A stretch of 64,000 nucleotides of DNA, taken from the NCBI RefSeq assembly GCF_035710885.1, contig NZ_DASTCS010000038.1:14273-78272 (forward strand). Direction: 5' to 3'. Within the stretch, counting starts at the first letter, position 1. Each line of letters opens with the position of its first letter. Below the pieces are notes generated by a model. It saw only the letters and a program-made list of their open reading frames with translations, was not told where the DNA came from and made no database searches. A program made the translations under genes and the position numbers. Shown in pieces: positions 19,622-28,338 of the stretch. Source of the stretch: Gaiella sp. (lineage in GTDB: Bacteria; Actinomycetota; Thermoleophilia; Gaiellales; Gaiellaceae).

Positions 19622-19990
19622 ATGGACTGGAAGCTCGAGCTCGTGGCGATCCCGGTGTCGGACGTCGACCGCGCGAAGGCGTTCTACATCGAGAAGGCGG
19701 GCTTCACCCCCGACCACGATCACACGGTCACGGACCAGCTGCGGTTCGTGCAGCTGACGCCGCCCGGATCGAACTGCTCGATCGCCCTCGGGACCGGGAT
19801 CACCGAGTCGGCCCCGGGCTCCGCGCAGCTGCAGCTCGTGGTCTCGGACGTCCACGCCGCCCGCGCGCAGCTGACCGAGCGCGGAGTCGACGTGAGCGAC
19901 GTCCAGGACTTCGCCTGGGGCTCGTTCGTCTTCTTCGACGATCCCGACGGGAACCGCTGGGCGGTACAGCAGCTGCCCCCACGGCCGTAG
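19622..19990 (+). CDS. VOC family protein (glyoxalase/bleomycin-resistance/dioxygenase fold)
   Basis: 122 aa. MDWKLELVAIPVSDVDRAKAFYIEKAGF...FDDPDGNRWAVQQ. Confidence 0.8.
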   Translation: MDWKLELVAIPVSDVDRAKAFYIEKAGFTPDHDHTVTDQLRFVQLTPPGSNCSIALGTGITESAPGSAQLQLVVSDVHAARAQLTERGVDVSDVQDFAWGSFVFFDDPDGNRWAVQQLPPRP

Positions 19991-20029
19991 CTCACGGAAG
20001 CCCGCACGACGCAAACCGCCGCGGCCTAC

Positions 20030-20073
20030 TTGACATGCATCGATGATCTTCGATATATTGACCATCATCGATA
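20030..20073 (+). promoter_or_regulatory. Putative ars promoter with an overlapping ArsR operator
   Basis: TTGACA (20030-20035), 18 nt, then TATATT (20054-20059). Inverted repeat CATCGATGAT (20038-20047) / ATCATCGATA (20064-20073), 9/10 complementary, straddles the -10. AT-rich island 17-60 nt upstream of arsR. Confidence 0.5.
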
Positions 20074-20089
20074 TGAAGCCCGAACAGTC

Positions 20090-20449
20090 ATGGAGGTCGT
20101 CGTCGTGAGCACCACGCTCGAGCCGGTTGCCTGTTGTGCCCCGCTTTCCACCGCGGCGATGAGCGACGCCGAGGCGAGCGCCACGGCCGAGCTGTTCCGC
20201 GCGCTCGGCGACCCCGCGCGCGTCCGCATCGTGAACCTCGTCGCGACGAGCGACGAGTCGGTGTGCGCGTGCGAGCTGTACGAGCCGCTGGGCCTCGCCC
20301 AGCCGACGGTCTCCCACCATCTGAAGAAGCTGGTCGACGCCGGTCTCCTGGAACGGGAGCAGCGCGGCAAGTGGGCCTACTTCACCTTGAAGCGCGACGC
20401 CGTCGAGAAGCTGGCGGCGGTCGCCGACCTGAAAGGGGTGTGCTGCTGA
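20090..20449 (+). CDS. arsR: ArsR/SmtB family metalloregulator
   Basis: wHTH LFRALGDPARVRIVNLV...VCACELYEPLGLAQPTVSHHLKKLVDAGLL. Cys pairs at the N-terminus (VACCAP), in helix 3 (CAC) and at the C-terminus (GVCC). Confidence 0.9.
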   Translation: MEVVVVSTTLEPVACCAPLSTAAMSDAEASATAELFRALGDPARVRIVNLVATSDESVCACELYEPLGLAQPTVSHHLKKLVDAGLLEREQRGKWAYFTLKRDAVEKLAAVADLKGVCC

Positions 20450-21273
20450 TGACCACGACCACTGCCGAGGACCTGCGCGAGGAGGTCCGGCGACGCTATG
20501 CGGAGTCCGCCCGCGCCGTGACCGAAGGAGCGACGGGTAGCTGCGGGAGCGGCTCGTGCTGTGCGGACGGCGAGACGGACGCGTCGTCTTTCGGAGAAGC
20601 GCTCTACGAGGCGGAGCAGCGCAACGAGCTTCCCGGTACCGCCGTCCTCGCCTCCCTCGGCTGCGGGAACCCCACGGCCGTCGCCGAGCTCCGCGAAGGC
20701 GAGACGGTGCTCGATCTCGGGTCGGGCGGGGGCATCGACGTGATCCTCTCGGCAAAGCGGGTCGGTCCGACCGGGACTGCCTACGGGCTCGACATGACGG
20801 ACGAGATGCTCGCGCTCGCTCAGCGGAACGTCGCCGAGTCGGGCGTGCGGAACGTCCACTTCCTGAAGGGCCTGATCGAGGCGATCCCGCTGCCCGCCGC
20901 CTCTGTCGACGTGGTGATCTCCAACTGCGTGATCAACCTCTCGACGGACAAGGCGACGGTGCTGACCGAGATCGCCCGGGTGCTCAAGCCCGGCGGCCGG
21001 ATCGGGATCAGCGACGTCGTCGCGGAGGACAGGCTCTCGCCGGCCGAGCGGGCCGAGCGGGGGTCGTACGCGGGCTGCATCGCCGGGGCGCTGTCGGTCT
21101 CGGAGTACGTCGCGGGCCTCGAGGCGGCCGGGTTCGAGGAGATCTCCGTCTCCTTCACCCATCAGGTCGCGGACGGGATGCACGGCGCGATCGTCAAGGC
21201 GCGGAAGACCGAGAGCCCCGAGTCGAAGGGCCTTCCCGTGATCCAGCCGGCCCAGACGGCGGGGTGCTGCTAG
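20449..21273 (+). CDS. arsM: Arsenite S-adenosylmethionine methyltransferase
   Basis: 274 aa. N-terminal Cys cluster [15 protein letters not shown] motif [12 protein letters not shown], and conserved LGCGNP and YAGCIAGA. Start overlaps the arsR stop (TGATG). Confidence 0.85.
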   Translation: MTTTTAEDLREEVRRRYAESARAVTEGATGSCGSGSCCADGETDASSFGEALYEAEQRNELPGTAVLASLGCGNPTAVAELREGETVLDLGSGGGIDVILSAKRVGPTGTAYGLDMTDEMLALAQRNVAESGVRNVHFLKGLIEAIPLPAASVDVVISNCVINLSTDKATVLTEIARVLKPGGRIGISDVVAEDRLSPAERAERGSYAGCIAGALSVSEYVAGLEAAGFEEISVSFTHQVADGMHGAIVKARKTESPESKGLPVIQPAQTAGCC

Positions 21274-21356
21274 ATGCCCGCCCGCGACTCGCGATCCCCA
21301 CCCTCGCCGTCGAGGGGCGGCTCGGCGCCCTGGACGGGACCGCGACGGGCGCACCG

Positions 21357-21776
21357 GTGAACGTGCTCTTCGTCTGCGTCCGGAACGCCGGGCGCTCGCA
21401 GGTCGCCGAGGCGCTCTTCGCGCGCGCCGCGAGCGGCCGTCACGCGGCCCGCTCGGCCGGATCGAGCCCCGCTGCTGCTGTCCATCCCGAGGTCGCCGAG
21501 GTCATGCGCGAGCTCGATCTCGAGATCGGCGGCCGGTCGCCACGCCGCCTGGAGAACGCGGACGCACAGTGGGCCGACGTGATCGTGACGATGGGCTGCG
21601 GAGACGCCTGCCCGTACATCCCCGGCAAGCGGTACCTCGACTGGGAGCTCGACGACCCCCACGGCCTGCCGCTCGAGCGCGTGCGCGAGATCCGTGACGA
21701 GATCGGCCGACGTGTTGAGCACCTCGTCGGAGAGCTCGACGACCAGGCACGCGGCGACGAGGAGAGTGTCGGCTGA
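21357..21776 (+). CDS. arsC: Arsenate reductase, LMW-PTP (thioredoxin-coupled) type
   Basis: 139 aa, GTG start. P-loop VLFVCVRNAGRSQ (CX5R) and downstream GCGDACP. Confidence 0.85.
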   Translation: MNVLFVCVRNAGRSQVAEALFARAASGRHAARSAGSSPAAAVHPEVAEVMRELDLEIGGRSPRRLENADAQWADVIVTMGCGDACPYIPGKRYLDWELDDPHGLPLERVREIRDEIGRRVEHLVGELDDQARGDEESVG

Positions 21777-22915
21777 TGGCTGTCGCCGAGGCTCGCCGCA
21801 CCGCTCCCGCGCCCGGACGGGACGACGCCGTCCTCCGGAAGCTGTCCACACTCGACCGCTTCCTCCCGCTCTGGATCGCGATCGCCATGGTCGTGGGGCT
21901 CGGTCTCGGCTCGCTCGTCCCCAGCCTGGACGCCGGCCTCGACCGGCTCCGCGTGGGCACCGTCAGCCTCCCCATCGCGCTCGGGCTGCTGCTGATGATG
22001 TACCCGGTGCTGGCGAAGGTGCGCTACGAGGAACTGGGGCACCGACGGGCCGACGGCGTCTCCGACCGTCTCTTCTTCGGGACGTCGCTGTTCCTCTCGT
22101 GGGTGATCGGCCCGCTGTTCATGTTCACGCTCGCATGGCTCTTCCTGGCGGATCAGCCCGAATACCGCACCGGGGTGATCATCGTGGGTCTCGCCCGCTG
22201 CATCGCCATGGTGCTGATCTGGAACGACCTTGCGAGGGGCGATCGCGACCGCGCGGCCATCCTCGTCGTCTTCAACGCCGTCTTCCAGGTCGCGGCGTAC
22301 TCTCTCCTCGGCTACTTCTACCTCACCGTCCTGCCCGGCTGGCTCGGGCTGGACACCCAGGGCTTCGAGGTGGGGATCTGGGAGGTCGCGCGCACGGTGC
22401 TGATCTTCCTGGGCATCCCGCTCGCCGCCGGGTTCTTCACTCGCAGGATCGCCCTCCAGCGCAGAGGCCCCGAGTGGTACGAGACACGCTTCCTCCCCCG
22501 GATCGGCCCGATCACGCTGTACGGGCTCCTGTTCACGATCGTGCTCCTCTTCGCGATCCAGGGCGACACGATCACCTCCGAGCCGCTCGACGTGGCCCGC
22601 ATCGCGCTGCCGCTCTTCGTCTACTTCGCAGGCATGTGGGTCGCGGGCTTCGTGATCGGCAAGCTGAGCGGCTTGCCCTATGCGCAGACCGCGAGCCTCG
22701 CGTTCACCGTCGCGTCCAACGACTTCGAGCTGGCGATCGCGGTCGCGGTGGGCGTCTTCGGGGTGACCTCGGGGCAGGCGCTCGCGGGCGTCGTAGGCCC
22801 GCTGATCGAGGTCCCGGTGCTCGTCGCCCTGGTGTACGTCGCCCTCTGGGCGCGCCGTTTCTGGCGAGACCGCGACGTGGCACGTCCATTGTCCGTCGAC
22901 CACGCGGAGGCCTGA
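21776..22915 (+). CDS. acr3: Arsenite efflux permease, ACR3 family
   Basis: 379 aa, about 10 TM. LSTLDRFLPLWIAIAMVVGLGLG...LARCIAMVLIWNDLARGD. Start overlaps the arsC stop (TGATG). Confidence 0.9.
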   Translation: MAVAEARRTAPAPGRDDAVLRKLSTLDRFLPLWIAIAMVVGLGLGSLVPSLDAGLDRLRVGTVSLPIALGLLLMMYPVLAKVRYEELGHRRADGVSDRLFFGTSLFLSWVIGPLFMFTLAWLFLADQPEYRTGVIIVGLARCIAMVLIWNDLARGDRDRAAILVVFNAVFQVAAYSLLGYFYLTVLPGWLGLDTQGFEVGIWEVARTVLIFLGIPLAAGFFTRRIALQRRGPEWYETRFLPRIGPITLYGLLFTIVLLFAIQGDTITSEPLDVARIALPLFVYFAGMWVAGFVIGKLSGLPYAQTASLAFTVASNDFELAIAVAVGVFGVTSGQALAGVVGPLIEVPVLVALVYVALWARRFWRDRDVARPLSVDHAEA

Positions 22916-22981
22916 GGGTCCAGACGCCCGCCGACGTGGCAACGCACCGTGCACAGAGCCCTCGTCGGTTGTGCACCGCCC

Positions 22982-25279
22982 TCAGCGCCCCTTCGCGTTG
23001 AGCTCGGGCGGCAGCCCCGCATCCCCCTTCGTGTAGTCGCAGACGCCGTCGGGGAAGATCTGCTTCAGGCGGGCGATGTCGCTCGTCCCGGGCACCCAGG
23101 GCGCGTAGAGGCCCTGCGCCGCCGCCCGCTCGACCGGCTGCCGCTCGCACGCGAAGACCGCGCCGGTGATCGGGCCACCGGCCACCGTGCGCGACGTCCC
23201 GAACACCGGGAACGCCTGCGCGCATGCGCCCTGCGGGCGGTCGTCGAGGATCCCGGCCCAGACGCCGTCGCCGCTCGCCAGGGGCGAGCCGTTCGTCGTG
23301 AAGCACCGGTCGACCGCCCCCGACGGCTTGTTCGCGGCGACGCTCCGCTCGGGGTGAGCGGCGATGTTCGTCATCCACTCGTCGATCACGTCGAGCGCCA
23401 TCGGCGTCTGGTCGGACTGCGGCCCCGCCGGGCGAGCGTCGGTGAACCAGATCACCTGGTTCGACGCATCGCCGTCGAAGTCGAGCATGCGCTGGCGCGC
23501 CGCGAAGGACTGGTGCGAGTTGTGCATGTCGAGCAGCGGCTCGAGGTAGTGGCGCCAGTCGATGAGCGGGATCTCGATCTTACCGCGGAAGACCATGCCT
23601 GAGCGATAGGCGGCGTACTGCGCCTGCCGGTTCCCCACCCTGCGGGCTGCCGGCGTGGCGCCGCCGTCGGCCGAGAGGTTCATGTTGCGTGCGCTCCAGA
23701 CGTCGACGTTCGCCGGGTTGCCGCAGAGGGCGGCGATGTACGGGCAGCCCTCCTGCACCATGTCCTTCGACTCCTTCCACGACCCGACGCTCGCGTTCAG
23801 GTCGAGGAACTGCTCGGGCGTGATGCTCCCGGAGCGGAGTGCGGAGAGGCCGTACTGGACGCCACGGTTGTCCCACGGCGAGCGTGCGAAGCCGGTCTCG
23901 TCGCGGCCGTAGATGTTGACGAGGTCGGCCCAGTGGGTCCACTCGACCGCCGCCTGTTGCTCGGGCGTGACACCGGGGGCAGTGCCGAACAACGGGTTGA
24001 GGGCGAGCGGCGACAACCCGCGCCAGCCGTTGATGCACTCGGTCGAGCCGGGTGTCGGCATGTAGGGCATCACCGCGGCGTAGGGGTTGGGCACCACAGG
24101 AGAGCTGGACATTCCCTCGAGCAGCGTCCGGTTCGTCCAGCTCCGCCACATCGACGCGGGGCTCGCGAGCACCTGCCGGTCCATCCAATGCTCGAGGAGC
24201 TCGCAGTCGCCCACGTGGATCGTCTGGGTGACCATGTCGGGGTAGGAGTACTGCGGGATCCCGGCATCGATCAGCCCCGGGTGGTTCTGCCCGTACACGT
24301 ACTGCTGGATCGCGCCACCCGAGGCGCCGACGCCGACCGTGTACTCGGGCTCGGCGTAGGCCGAGACGAACCGGTCCTTGACCATGATCGCAGCCTCGCC
24401 CCCGAGCTGGAGGTTGTAGTGCGTCGAGGTCCGGTTGCCCGTGGAGTAGGCGATCGCGTACCCCTTCGCGAGGCCCGGCTCGTACAGCATCTCGCCGCGC
24501 GAGGGGTTGCCCTGATAGTGGCCGATCCCGACGCCGCCCTGGAACTTGTAGATCAGGGCCCGGTTCCATCGCGTGAGGTCGAGGGGACCGCCGGCGGCCT
24601 GCGGTGCCGGGACGGGCACGGCGATCGAGTAGATGAACCGGTCGATCACGCCCCGTTCCCAGACGACGACGAACGGGCTGCCGTACGGCGGCACGGGCAC
24701 GGCGTCCGCCGGGCTCGTCCCCGGCGTGTACGGCGACCAGCCGCCTGCCGAGCGGTAGAAGTAGCCGGTCAGCGTCGGCGTGGTGCAGGTCTCCGACGGC
24801 GGGATCGGGGGAAGGGCGGCGTTGGCGGCATTGCCCGCGGTTGCGCACAGGAACACCTCCTGGCGCGGCCCCGAGAACATCGGGCCGTCGAGCGAATGGT
24901 TGACGAGACGAAGCTCGACGCGGTTCGGTCGCGCGTTGCCGGGGCCGGGCACGGATGCCCGCAGCGCGCTCTCTCCGAGCGGCAGGCCGGTCACGACCCC
25001 CTCGAGCTGGTGCCCGCCCTCGGAGTCGGGCGCGAAGGCACCGCTCACGTCGTTCCCGTCCACCGTGATCTCCACGGCCGAGAAGGGAACGCTCGGCGGA
25101 ACCGTCACCTCGACGCGGGCGTCCCCGCCGGAGACGAGCGCCGGCGGGCTGGACACGACCCGAACCTGGAGCTGACCCTGGTTCCCCGCCGGCGGGCCGG
25201 TCGCGGCCGTGGCCAGGCCCGTTGCGAGAAGCGCCGCGACGGCGGCAACTGCGATCGAGAGCGCGAGTCCTCGTCTCAC
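22982..25279 (-). CDS. Large secreted protein, putative alpha/beta-hydrolase (tannase/feruloyl-esterase-like); function uncertain
   Basis: 765 aa from GTG 25279 (GGGAGGGG upstream). Signal-like RRGLALSIAVAAVAALLATGLATAATG. Nucleophile-elbow-like GVGASGGA (GxSxG). Several Cys pairs. No other family signature I can name with confidence. Confidence 0.65.
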   Translation of the reverse strand: MRRGLALSIAVAAVAALLATGLATAATGPPAGNQGQLQVRVVSSPPALVSGGDARVEVTVPPSVPFSAVEITVDGNDVSGAFAPDSEGGHQLEGVVTGLPLGESALRASVPGPGNARPNRVELRLVNHSLDGPMFSGPRQEVFLCATAGNAANAALPPIPPSETCTTPTLTGYFYRSAGGWSPYTPGTSPADAVPVPPYGSPFVVVWERGVIDRFIYSIAVPVPAPQAAGGPLDLTRWNRALIYKFQGGVGIGHYQGNPSRGEMLYEPGLAKGYAIAYSTGNRTSTHYNLQLGGEAAIMVKDRFVSAYAEPEYTVGVGASGGAIQQYVYGQNHPGLIDAGIPQYSYPDMVTQTIHVGDCELLEHWMDRQVLASPASMWRSWTNRTLLEGMSSSPVVPNPYAAVMPYMPTPGSTECINGWRGLSPLALNPLFGTAPGVTPEQQAAVEWTHWADLVNIYGRDETGFARSPWDNRGVQYGLSALRSGSITPEQFLDLNASVGSWKESKDMVQEGCPYIAALCGNPANVDVWSARNMNLSADGGATPAARRVGNRQAQYAAYRSGMVFRGKIEIPLIDWRHYLEPLLDMHNSHQSFAARQRMLDFDGDASNQVIWFTDARPAGPQSDQTPMALDVIDEWMTNIAAHPERSVAANKPSGAVDRCFTTNGSPLASGDGVWAGILDDRPQGACAQAFPVFGTSRTVAGGPITGAVFACERQPVERAAAQGLYAPWVPGTSDIARLKQIFPDGVCDYTKGDAGLPPELNAKGR

Positions 25280-25439
25280 TGGTCCCCTCCCTGCGTCTTG
25301 GTCCGATCGGCCGGGCGATCCTACTGCGGCGCCGACCCGGCTGCATCGCCGATGGGTCGCGCGCAGCGTGACGGTCTGGGCGAAGGGCACGCCCTGGGTC
25401 AGTCAGCCGGCGGAGAGTTCGGCGCAGGCGGTACCCGGA

Positions 25440-25473
25440 GAAACGGCCCGGAAACGCATCCCCGGGCCGTTTC
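25440..25473. other. Strong isolated hairpin in the 417-bp divergent spacer between the hydrolase and the multicopper oxidase
   Basis: GAAACGGCCCGG-(10 nt)-CCGGGCCGTTTC, 12-bp perfect stem. No U-tract on either strand. Confidence 0.6.
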
Positions 25474-25696
25474 CCCCTGCCGCCAGACCTCTGTCCTTCC
25501 CACAGTCCTCGCGGCGAAAACACGCGCGGAAAACCCACACCCGGGGTGAGTCGAAATCCCGGATGTGCCCGACTCGCACCCGGGTGATGATCCGCGTCAT
25601 GAGACGCGCGGCCTGTTCGCGGCCAGGAGGGCGACATCTCCTTCCATGCCGGATGAAGGCAACGGCGTGCGTCGGGGACCAGGGGGAGGCTGACTG

Positions 25697-27787
25697 ATGG
25701 AGACGATGCGGCGGTTCACGCGGCGGACGTTCGTCGCCTGGGTCGGCGGTGCGGGTGCCGGCTTCTATCTCTTCGGGCGGGTTCCCGGCGTGAGCGCTCC
25801 GGTTGCGCTGGCCCAGGTTCCGGGCGGCACGCTCGATCCGACCCTGGTTCCGAAGTTCCGGACACCGATGCTGATCCCTCCGGTGATGCCCCGTGCCGAC
25901 ACGATCGTCCAGCGCGGAGGCAAGAACGTCGACTACTACGAGATCTCGATGCGGCAATTCGCACAGCAGATCCTCCCGGCGAGCCTTCCCAAGACGACGG
26001 TGTGGGGCTACGGCGCGAAGACGGCGCAAAGCAACCGTGGGCTGCTGATCCACAACGCCCCCTCGCTCACGATCGAGGCGATGTGGAACAGGCCGGTGCG
26101 GGTCAAGTGGATCAACGAGCTGGTGGACGGGAACGGGACGTTCCTGCCGCATCTGCTGCCGGTCGATCCGACGCTGCACTGGGCGAACCCGCCAGGCGGC
26201 GCCGATCACCGTGACAGCCGGCCGACCTTCACGACGACGCCCGGCCCCTACACGGGCCCGGTGCCGATCGTCACGCACGTGCACGGCGCCGTGGGTGTGG
26301 CCGACGACAGCGACGGGTACGCGGAGGCGTGGTATCTGCCTGCCGCGAAGGACATCCCGGAGAGCTACGCAACGGAAGGCACCTGGTACGAGTTCTTCGC
26401 AGGCAAGGCGGCCGCGGCGTACGGCGTCGAGTGGGGGCCGGGCTTCGCCACGTTCCAGTACCCGAACGAGAACCGGGCTTCGACGATCTGGTATCACGAT
26501 CACGCGCTCGGCATGACGCGACTCAATGTGTACGCGGGCCCCGCGGGCTTCTTCATCATCCGCGGTGGCCCCCACGGAGATGATGCGGTACGCGACCGCC
26601 GAACCGGAGGCAAGGCCTCGCTGCCCGGCCCGGCGCCACGCGAGAACGACAGGTTCCCGCCCGACAAGCGCTACCGGGAGATCCCGATTGCGATTCAGGA
26701 TCGCTCGTTCAACGCTGACGGCTCGCTCTTCTATCCCGACACCCGGGAGTTCTTCGACGAGATCAGGGGGCCGTACATCCCGGACACCGACCTCTCGCCG
26801 ATCTGGAATCCCGAGTTCTTCGGCAACATGATCATGGTCAACGGCAGCACGTGGCCGTTCCAGACCGTCGAGCGGCGTCGATATCGCTTCCGTTTCCTGA
26901 ACGGCTGCCAGTCGCGTTTCCTCATGCTCGACTTCAGCGAGATCCCCGGTGTCGAGCTGTGGCAGATCGGGAACGAAGGCGGCTTCCTCGCCGCCCCGGT
27001 CAACCTCAGCGCCGTGAACGGGAACCACCTCCTCATGGGGCTCGCCGAGCGCGCGGACACGATCGTGGACTTCACGAACGTCCCCGTCGGCGAGTACGTG
27101 CTCCGGAACATCGGCCCGGACGAGCCGTTCGGCGGGGGCGTACCACCTGATGACTTCGACGTCGCCGACCCCGACACGACGGGTCAGATCATGCGGTTCG
27201 ACGTCGTGCCCGCGGTCGATGCGGACGATTCGACGCCCCCGCAGTTCCTGGAGCTACCCGCGCTCGGGCCGCTGCCACCTGCGACCGCCACGCGGCGGTT
27301 GGCTCTGCTCGAGGAGATGTCGAAGATCTTCGAGGATGCGCCGGCCGAGGCCCTGCTCGGCACGGTGGCGGGAGACCCCAACGGCGGGCCGGGAGCGTGG
27401 GTAGCGAAGATGTGGGAGGACGAGGTGTCGGAGAACCCCCCGCTCGGCGCGACCGAGATCTGGGAGCTGTACAACGCCACCGCGGACGCCCACCCGATGC
27501 ACATCCACGAGATCGCCTTCGAGGTGGTCGACCGCCAGGACATCCTCGTGGACGAGGAGAGCGGGGCGGTTCAGGTCGTGCCCGGATCCGTGCCGATCCC
27601 GCCGGAGCCATGGGAGACGGGGCTCAAGGACACGGTCATCGCCTACCCCGGACAGGTCACGAGGGTGAAAGGCCGGTTCGAGACGCCTGGCCAGTTCGTC
27701 TGGCACTGCCACATCGTCGAGCACGAAGACAACGAGATGATGCGCCCCTACCGCATCGGACCGCCGCAATCCGGTCAGCCCGCGTGA
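25697..27787 (+). CDS. Tat-exported multicopper oxidase (CotA/bilirubin-oxidase-like)
   Basis: 696 aa. Twin-arginine signal MRRFTRRTFVAWVGGAGAG. Four copper motifs: THVHG, WYHDHA, HPMHIHE, HCHIVEHEDNEMM. Confidence 0.9.
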   Translation: METMRRFTRRTFVAWVGGAGAGFYLFGRVPGVSAPVALAQVPGGTLDPTLVPKFRTPMLIPPVMPRADTIVQRGGKNVDYYEISMRQFAQQILPASLPKTTVWGYGAKTAQSNRGLLIHNAPSLTIEAMWNRPVRVKWINELVDGNGTFLPHLLPVDPTLHWANPPGGADHRDSRPTFTTTPGPYTGPVPIVTHVHGAVGVADDSDGYAEAWYLPAAKDIPESYATEGTWYEFFAGKAAAAYGVEWGPGFATFQYPNENRASTIWYHDHALGMTRLNVYAGPAGFFIIRGGPHGDDAVRDRRTGGKASLPGPAPRENDRFPPDKRYREIPIAIQDRSFNADGSLFYPDTREFFDEIRGPYIPDTDLSPIWNPEFFGNMIMVNGSTWPFQTVERRRYRFRFLNGCQSRFLMLDFSEIPGVELWQIGNEGGFLAAPVNLSAVNGNHLLMGLAERADTIVDFTNVPVGEYVLRNIGPDEPFGGGVPPDDFDVADPDTTGQIMRFDVVPAVDADDSTPPQFLELPALGPLPPATATRRLALLEEMSKIFEDAPAEALLGTVAGDPNGGPGAWVAKMWEDEVSENPPLGATEIWELYNATADAHPMHIHEIAFEVVDRQDILVDEESGAVQVVPGSVPIPPEPWETGLKDTVIAYPGQVTRVKGRFETPGQFVWHCHIVEHEDNEMMRPYRIGPPQSGQPA

Positions 27788-27818
27788 AGCCGGGGCCTCG
27801 CGCCGCCCCCCGTACACG

Positions 27819-27847
27819 ACAAAACCCCCGATTTCCGGGGGTTTTGT
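27819..27847. terminator. Bidirectional intrinsic terminator between the oxidase (+) and initiator tRNA-Met (-)
   Basis: ACAAAACCCCCG-ATTTC-CGGGGGTTTTGT. 12-bp perfect stem with A/T runs on both sides, giving a U-tract on either strand. Confidence 0.8.
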
Positions 27848-27849
27848 TA

Positions 27850-27923
27850 TAGCGGGGGCAGGATTTGAACCTGCGACCTCCGGGTTATGAGCCCGGCGAG
27901 CTACCTGACTGCTCCACCCCGCG
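27850..27923 (-). tRNA. Initiator tRNA-Met (anticodon CAU)
   Basis: Minus strand: CGCGGGGTGGAGCAGTCAGGTAGCTCGCCGGGCTCATAACCCGGAGGTCGCAGGTTCAAATCCTGCCCCCGCTA. Clean cloverleaf. Three consecutive G-C pairs closing the anticodon stem and a C1xU72 mismatch are initiator hallmarks. CCA is not encoded. Confidence 0.9.
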
Positions 27924-27948
27924 TCGCGGCCACTATGGTAGCACCGTC

Positions 27949-28266
27949 GTGGCCTTCTGGATCGCCCTCGCAGTGCTGGTCGCCGGGATCGTCGGGGGGC
28001 TCGTCTACGCCGTCCTCCGCGGGCTCGCCCTCTGGCGGAAGATCAAGCGGACGGGGCGCAGCTTCTCCGCCGAGACGGCGCGCATCGCTGAGGCCTCGGC
28101 CGGGATCCAGACGCACCTCGACCGGGCGAGCGCCTCCGGGTCGCAGCTGAGCGAGGCGTCGGCGCGCCTCGCGGCCTCGCGCGCGAAGCTCGACGTCCAG
28201 CTCCAGGCGATCCGCGAAGCCCGCCACACGGTGCGTCGGCTGCTCTGGTTCCTCCCGGGCGTCTGA
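27949..28266 (+). CDS. Hypothetical single-pass membrane protein with a coiled-coil-like tail
   Basis: 105 aa from GTG 27949. TM segment AFWIALAVLVAGIVGGLVYAVL, then an Ala/Arg/Ser-rich helical region. The track ORF start (27865) overlaps the tRNA and is rejected. Confidence 0.45.
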   Translation: MAFWIALAVLVAGIVGGLVYAVLRGLALWRKIKRTGRSFSAETARIAEASAGIQTHLDRASASGSQLSEASARLAASRAKLDVQLQAIREARHTVRRLLWFLPGV

Positions 28267-28338
28267 CCTCGGTACGACAGCGATCCTGGGCGCCCGTTGC
28301 CGCGCCGACGACGCACGGCTTGTAGCGTCTCCCCCGGA

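Noticed and set aside
23580-25637. 685-aa minus-strand ORF and 538-aa plus-strand ORF (23933..25549) overlapping the secreted hydrolase gene
   Set aside because: These are alternative-frame or antisense artefacts. The 22982..25279 frame has a signal peptide, normal amino-acid composition and a GxSxG motif.
27865-27948. First 28 codons of track ORF 27865..28266
   Set aside because: This segment overlaps the initiator tRNA-Met gene (27850-27923) on the opposite strand. The translation MNLRPPGYEPGELPDCSTP is simply the tRNA sequence read as protein.
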